A DNA stretch of 22,183 bases from Candidatus Odinarchaeia archaeon (GTDB taxonomy: Archaea > Asgardarchaeota > Odinarchaeia > Odinarchaeales > Odinarchaeaceae): NCBI GenBank assembly GCA_029856525.1, contig JAHQXC010000013.1:1-22183 (forward strand), in the 5' to 3' direction. Both the position numbers and the translations under genes were made by a program. Of the stretch, positions 19,161-22,183 are shown piece after piece. The stretch's first letter is position 1. The number at the start of each line of letters is the position of its first letter. The notes under the pieces were generated by a model. That model did not search any database. It saw nothing but the letters and a program-made list of their open reading frames with translations, and was not told the DNA's origin.

Positions 19161-19836
19161 TTATAATCCCTCTCAGAGTAAGATTCTTTATAAGTTTGAG
19201 AAGAGTCTCCTCTTCAATGTTAAACTCTTTTCTTATCTCATCTAAAGTTAAATACGCTGTTTTCAACCTGTTAAGTAACTGGCTTACTAAAATCTCCGGT
19301 ATAGAGAAATTTTTTAAAAAAAGCTTGAAACTCACCGAATCCTTATAGAAAATATTGAATATGTTAAAACCATCCTCGTCTACAGAGTAGAAGTAGATTG
19401 ACCTCTTATCCGCTAATTCTTTTATATTAGGCGGCTGGCTTAACCTTACAGTTTCTCGAAACGTATCCGAGACTACTTCTTCAATATTTTTAAAATCGTT
19501 TAAATCACCACTCCACTCTTTTAAAACTTCACTGTAGCTTTTTTCTAAGCGTTCAGTTAAATCAGCTAGCCGATTATTTAAATAAATTATTTCTTTTCTA
19601 TCAGCTTCACATATAAGAGCCGTATGAAGAAAGCTACCGTGAGTGAATATCACCTTTATATTCCCCTTCTCAATCACATTAAGTAAACCATCCGACGGCA
19701 AAGCCTCCTTCGAGAACTCTGTTAAAGCGCTTAGAAACCCGCTTATAATAGTCGCATCTAAATTTGACTCACAGAACCCTTTATGAAAAATATTACGGCC
19801 ATCCCGGTGAATAATGTATAAATCGTAAAGCTTCAT
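19147..19836 (-). CDS. Longin-domain protein with C-terminal winged helix
   Basis: LYIIHRDGRNIF...DATIISGFLSALTEFSKE...IEKGNIKVIF...EWSGDLNDF is the Asgard/Mon1-Fuz-type longin pattern. C-terminal LTLDEIRKEFNIEEETLLKLIKNLTLRGII is wHTH-like. Confidence 0.8.
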   Translation of the reverse strand: MKLYDLYIIHRDGRNIFHKGFCESNLDATIISGFLSALTEFSKEALPSDGLLNVIEKGNIKVIFTHGSFLHTALICEADRKEIIYLNNRLADLTERLEKSYSEVLKEWSGDLNDFKNIEEVVSDTFRETVRLSQPPNIKELADKRSIYFYSVDEDGFNIFNIFYKDSVSFKLFLKNFSIPEILVSQLLNRLKTAYLTLDEIRKEFNIEEETLLKLIKNLTLRGIISVCR

Positions 19837-19899
19837 CTAATAAACCTCTAATTTAACATTAATAGTTAATAATTTAATAATAACTTAACGATTTAAGTA

Positions 19900-20275
19900 T
19901 AGCTTTTCCACGATGGTCGCCGCTTCAAAACTATGATATGTAAGCGGTTAACCATTAACTCTTAGCATAAAAACCATATTATGTGAATATCCTAGCTTTC
20001 AAAAAGGTTTCTACTTTCACTGAACAGTCTCTTCTCTTCACAGGCTTCTTAGAGTGCTTCAAACACAGTATCTTTAACTCCCTGTATGAATTTTCTATCA
20101 AAGTTAATCTTCAATATAACAAGCCTTTTTCTTCATTATAATAAAGTTTATATGCATCATAAAATTATCGTCAACTTTCACTCAGCTATCTGAAGGGGTT
20201 TCAGCCGTTGAAGAGAAAAATAAGCTAGTGGCTACTTAACACTATAAGCTCTTTATTATAACACATTACAATCAC
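19900..20275 (-). pseudogene. Possible decayed gene remnant
   Basis: AAGAGGAG SD (20290-20283) then GTG 20275 opening only 16 codons. Downstream stop-interrupted protein-like segments such as RLVILKINFDRKFIQGVKDTVFEAL*EACEEKRLFSESRNLFES*DIHII. Confidence 0.3.
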
Positions 20276-20294
20276 TTGGCCGCTCCTCTTATAT

Positions 20295-21848
20295 TCAATA
20301 AGATAGAACGTCTATTCTACCGCTTAAATTCACCGCATCTTCTATTAAACTCTTCGACGCTAGCCTAGGGATTTTCATCTGACCGATCGGTTTACCCGCA
20401 GCAGCCTGCTTCTCTTTATATTTCTGGAATGTTCCAGGAGGCGGAATCATTATCTCCGGGTTTTCTATCAACCCCATTAATCTGCATTGATTATATATTT
20501 TATTACGTTTTCTTAAACAGTTATCAAGTGTTTTCAGAAACTCGGATGGTGTTTTAGGCGGATTCTTAAACTCTATAATAAATCTATATCTGGGTTTACC
20601 TTCATATACAGGGATTATTGTAAAATCATTTAACTGTAGATTGAACCGGACAGTCGCCTCGTAAACAGCGTCTGAAATAGCTTGCTCATCCATTTTCTCT
20701 CCTGCTAAACTTATTTCGCCTTCAAGTCTTCCTATAACACGAATTGTAAGCGGGTTTAAAGTAACAGCTTCAATGACATCTGATATTAAATAAGAGTATA
20801 AACCGGTTGAAGTAGTAACTAGAATAGTGTATTTAACATTTCTTTTAAGCTCATCTGCTAGATACCTTTTAGGGTTCTCGTTTTTCAACTCTTTTTCAGG
20901 TATGAACTCGAAGAAATAAGTATCTAAATTAGGAGTCATTCCTTTATTCTCACCGATTTGAAAAGCGAAGACGCCTTCCGTTGCCCCGTAGCAATCTCTA
21001 AAATCAACTTGCTCGTCGAAAATGCTTCTCATCCACGTCATATATGGTTTAACATTAACCCCGCTGTGGAGTAATACTTTGAAATTAGGCCAGATCTTTG
21101 ATAATGTATCTTCTATGAGAGTATTCTTCATATAATCGTAGGGGAGAGGATTACTGTAATCGTCTAATATCTTCTGGAATAATGATAAAAGTAGAGGTGT
21201 CACACCGCCCGCTAACGTAATATTGTTTTTAACAGCCAGCTGCGCTGTTTTATAAAACTTTTTATTCCAATCTTTCTCATTAAGGATAGATAACGGTGGT
21301 ATAACCATTTTTTGAAATATTTTACTCTGGTTAACCGCGTTTATCCCTGAAATATATCCTACCGGTATATTATTTATATAATAATCAAATGCAGGCGCCA
21401 TGAATAGGAGAAATTTTCCATCTAATATTCTCGCGTTCTCCTCACGCTCATTTATATACGAGGCGAATATTCTAGCTGACATTCTCCCAAATTCTTTTAT
21501 AGCCTGTTTTGAAAGTGGAATTATCTTCGGTTCACCGGTTGTACCAGACGTTTGAGCTAGATGAACTGTTTTATAAGGTGTTAAAATGTTTTCTTCACCT
21601 TGAATTACACAGTTAATTAGAGGCTTATAATCAGAGTACTTTAACACGGGGATCCGTTGCTGATAGTCTTCTATTGTTTTTATCGAATTGAAACCGTGTT
21701 TTCTACCAAAAAAAGTGTTTTTACTCGTTTTAATAATTTTTAAAAGAGTTTTCTCCTGTGATTCATAAGGGGTTTCAACAGCTTTTTCAAGGGGGCTGCA
21801 AAACTTTTTGATAGCGAATTTCAATAACTGTTTAACTAAGCTATGCAT
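20295..21848 (-). CDS. GH3-family acyl-adenylate-forming (acyl-acid amido synthetase-like) protein
   Basis: QTSGTTGEPKIIP P-loop, YGATEG, YLISDVIE, IGRLEGEISLAGEK, C-terminal GQMKIPRL. ATG 21848 follows GGTGG (the alternative start is GTG 21857). Confidence 0.88.
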   Translation of the reverse strand: MHSLVKQLLKFAIKKFCSPLEKAVETPYESQEKTLLKIIKTSKNTFFGRKHGFNSIKTIEDYQQRIPVLKYSDYKPLINCVIQGEENILTPYKTVHLAQTSGTTGEPKIIPLSKQAIKEFGRMSARIFASYINEREENARILDGKFLLFMAPAFDYYINNIPVGYISGINAVNQSKIFQKMVIPPLSILNEKDWNKKFYKTAQLAVKNNITLAGGVTPLLLSLFQKILDDYSNPLPYDYMKNTLIEDTLSKIWPNFKVLLHSGVNVKPYMTWMRSIFDEQVDFRDCYGATEGVFAFQIGENKGMTPNLDTYFFEFIPEKELKNENPKRYLADELKRNVKYTILVTTSTGLYSYLISDVIEAVTLNPLTIRVIGRLEGEISLAGEKMDEQAISDAVYEATVRFNLQLNDFTIIPVYEGKPRYRFIIEFKNPPKTPSEFLKTLDNCLRKRNKIYNQCRLMGLIENPEIMIPPPGTFQKYKEKQAAAGKPIGQMKIPRLASKSLIEDAVNLSGRIDVLSY

Positions 21849-21882
21849 ACCCGCCACCTTCAGGATGAAGGCTAGCGTAAAT

Positions 21883-21890
21883 TATTTAAA
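21883..21890 (-). promoter_or_regulatory. Candidate archaeal TATA box (TTTAAATA) for the GH3 gene
   Basis: TTTAAATA ending 35 nt upstream of ATG 21848, preceded by a purine-rich BRE-like GAGAA. The background is AT-rich, so this is uncertain. Confidence 0.35.
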
Positions 21891-22139
21891 CAATTCTCTG
21901 AATCTTCTAGAAGGCTTCTAAAAGCTTTTAGAATCGACTTCCGGCTCAGGGGATTATACATTTTTAACGAATATTAGATTTTTTAATTAGGAAAAAACGA
22001 CATTTTCCAGATTAATAGCTCTTAGCCTCTTTAATTTCTCACCGTTTAACTTTGATGGCGAGGTTTCACGCGAAGCAGCTGGTAACGTAAAACTAGACTT
22101 TTTTCGTTAAACTTTTTCTTTTGAATAATATTCTCCAGT

Positions 22140-22183
22140 TTATTCATGTTTCAATCTAAATAGGCTGCTTAACCGTTCCTTGA
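22140..22183 (-). CDS. Probable C-terminal end of a gene entering from the right edge (...KERLSSLFRLKHE*)
   Basis: Only one minus frame stays open from the window edge to TAA at 22142-22140. Too short to identify. Confidence 0.3.
   Translation of the reverse strand, partial: KERLSSLFRLKHE

Noticed and set aside
21988-22147. 33-aa ORF 22147..22046 and a possible programmed frameshift at an A6G tract
   Set aside because: The A-AAA-AAG heptamer is not in the frame of the ATG ORF and the products are short and unrecognisable
1-22183. CRISPR array, rRNA, tRNA, intact IS element or provirus
   Set aside because: No regularly spaced repeats, no tRNA T-loop motifs, and no intact transposase, integrase or capsid ORFs were seen

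Overview
Compact, AT-rich archaeal chromosomal window with GGAGG/GGTG ribosome-binding sites and many overlapping genes. The content points to an Asgard archaeon (inference from the sequence: two longin-domain proteins, an Arf-like and a Rab-like small GTPase, NreA, a TackOD1-type protein; Odinarchaeia-like is plausible but not provable here). Left part: a multi-pass membrane protein missed by the ORF track, an HD hydrolase, and a divergent pair of a longin-Arf-like GTPase fusion and a Rab-like GTPase that is translationally coupled to a multi-Zn-finger TackOD1/nuclease-fold protein. This is the best candidate for an undescribed signalling system. Middle: a tandem Lrp/AsnC-like regulator divergent from nreA, an ABC-2 exporter pair, a PH-like/Zn-ribbon protein, a helical unknown and a complete bacterial-type uvrB-uvrA-uvrC operon. 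Right: a longin-wHTH gene coupled to a wHTH-methyltransferase-Zn-ribbon gene, a possibly decayed ORF and a GH3-family adenylating enzyme. I saw no tRNA, rRNA, CRISPR array or intact mobile element. All domain calls are by-eye motif recognition, not database searches.
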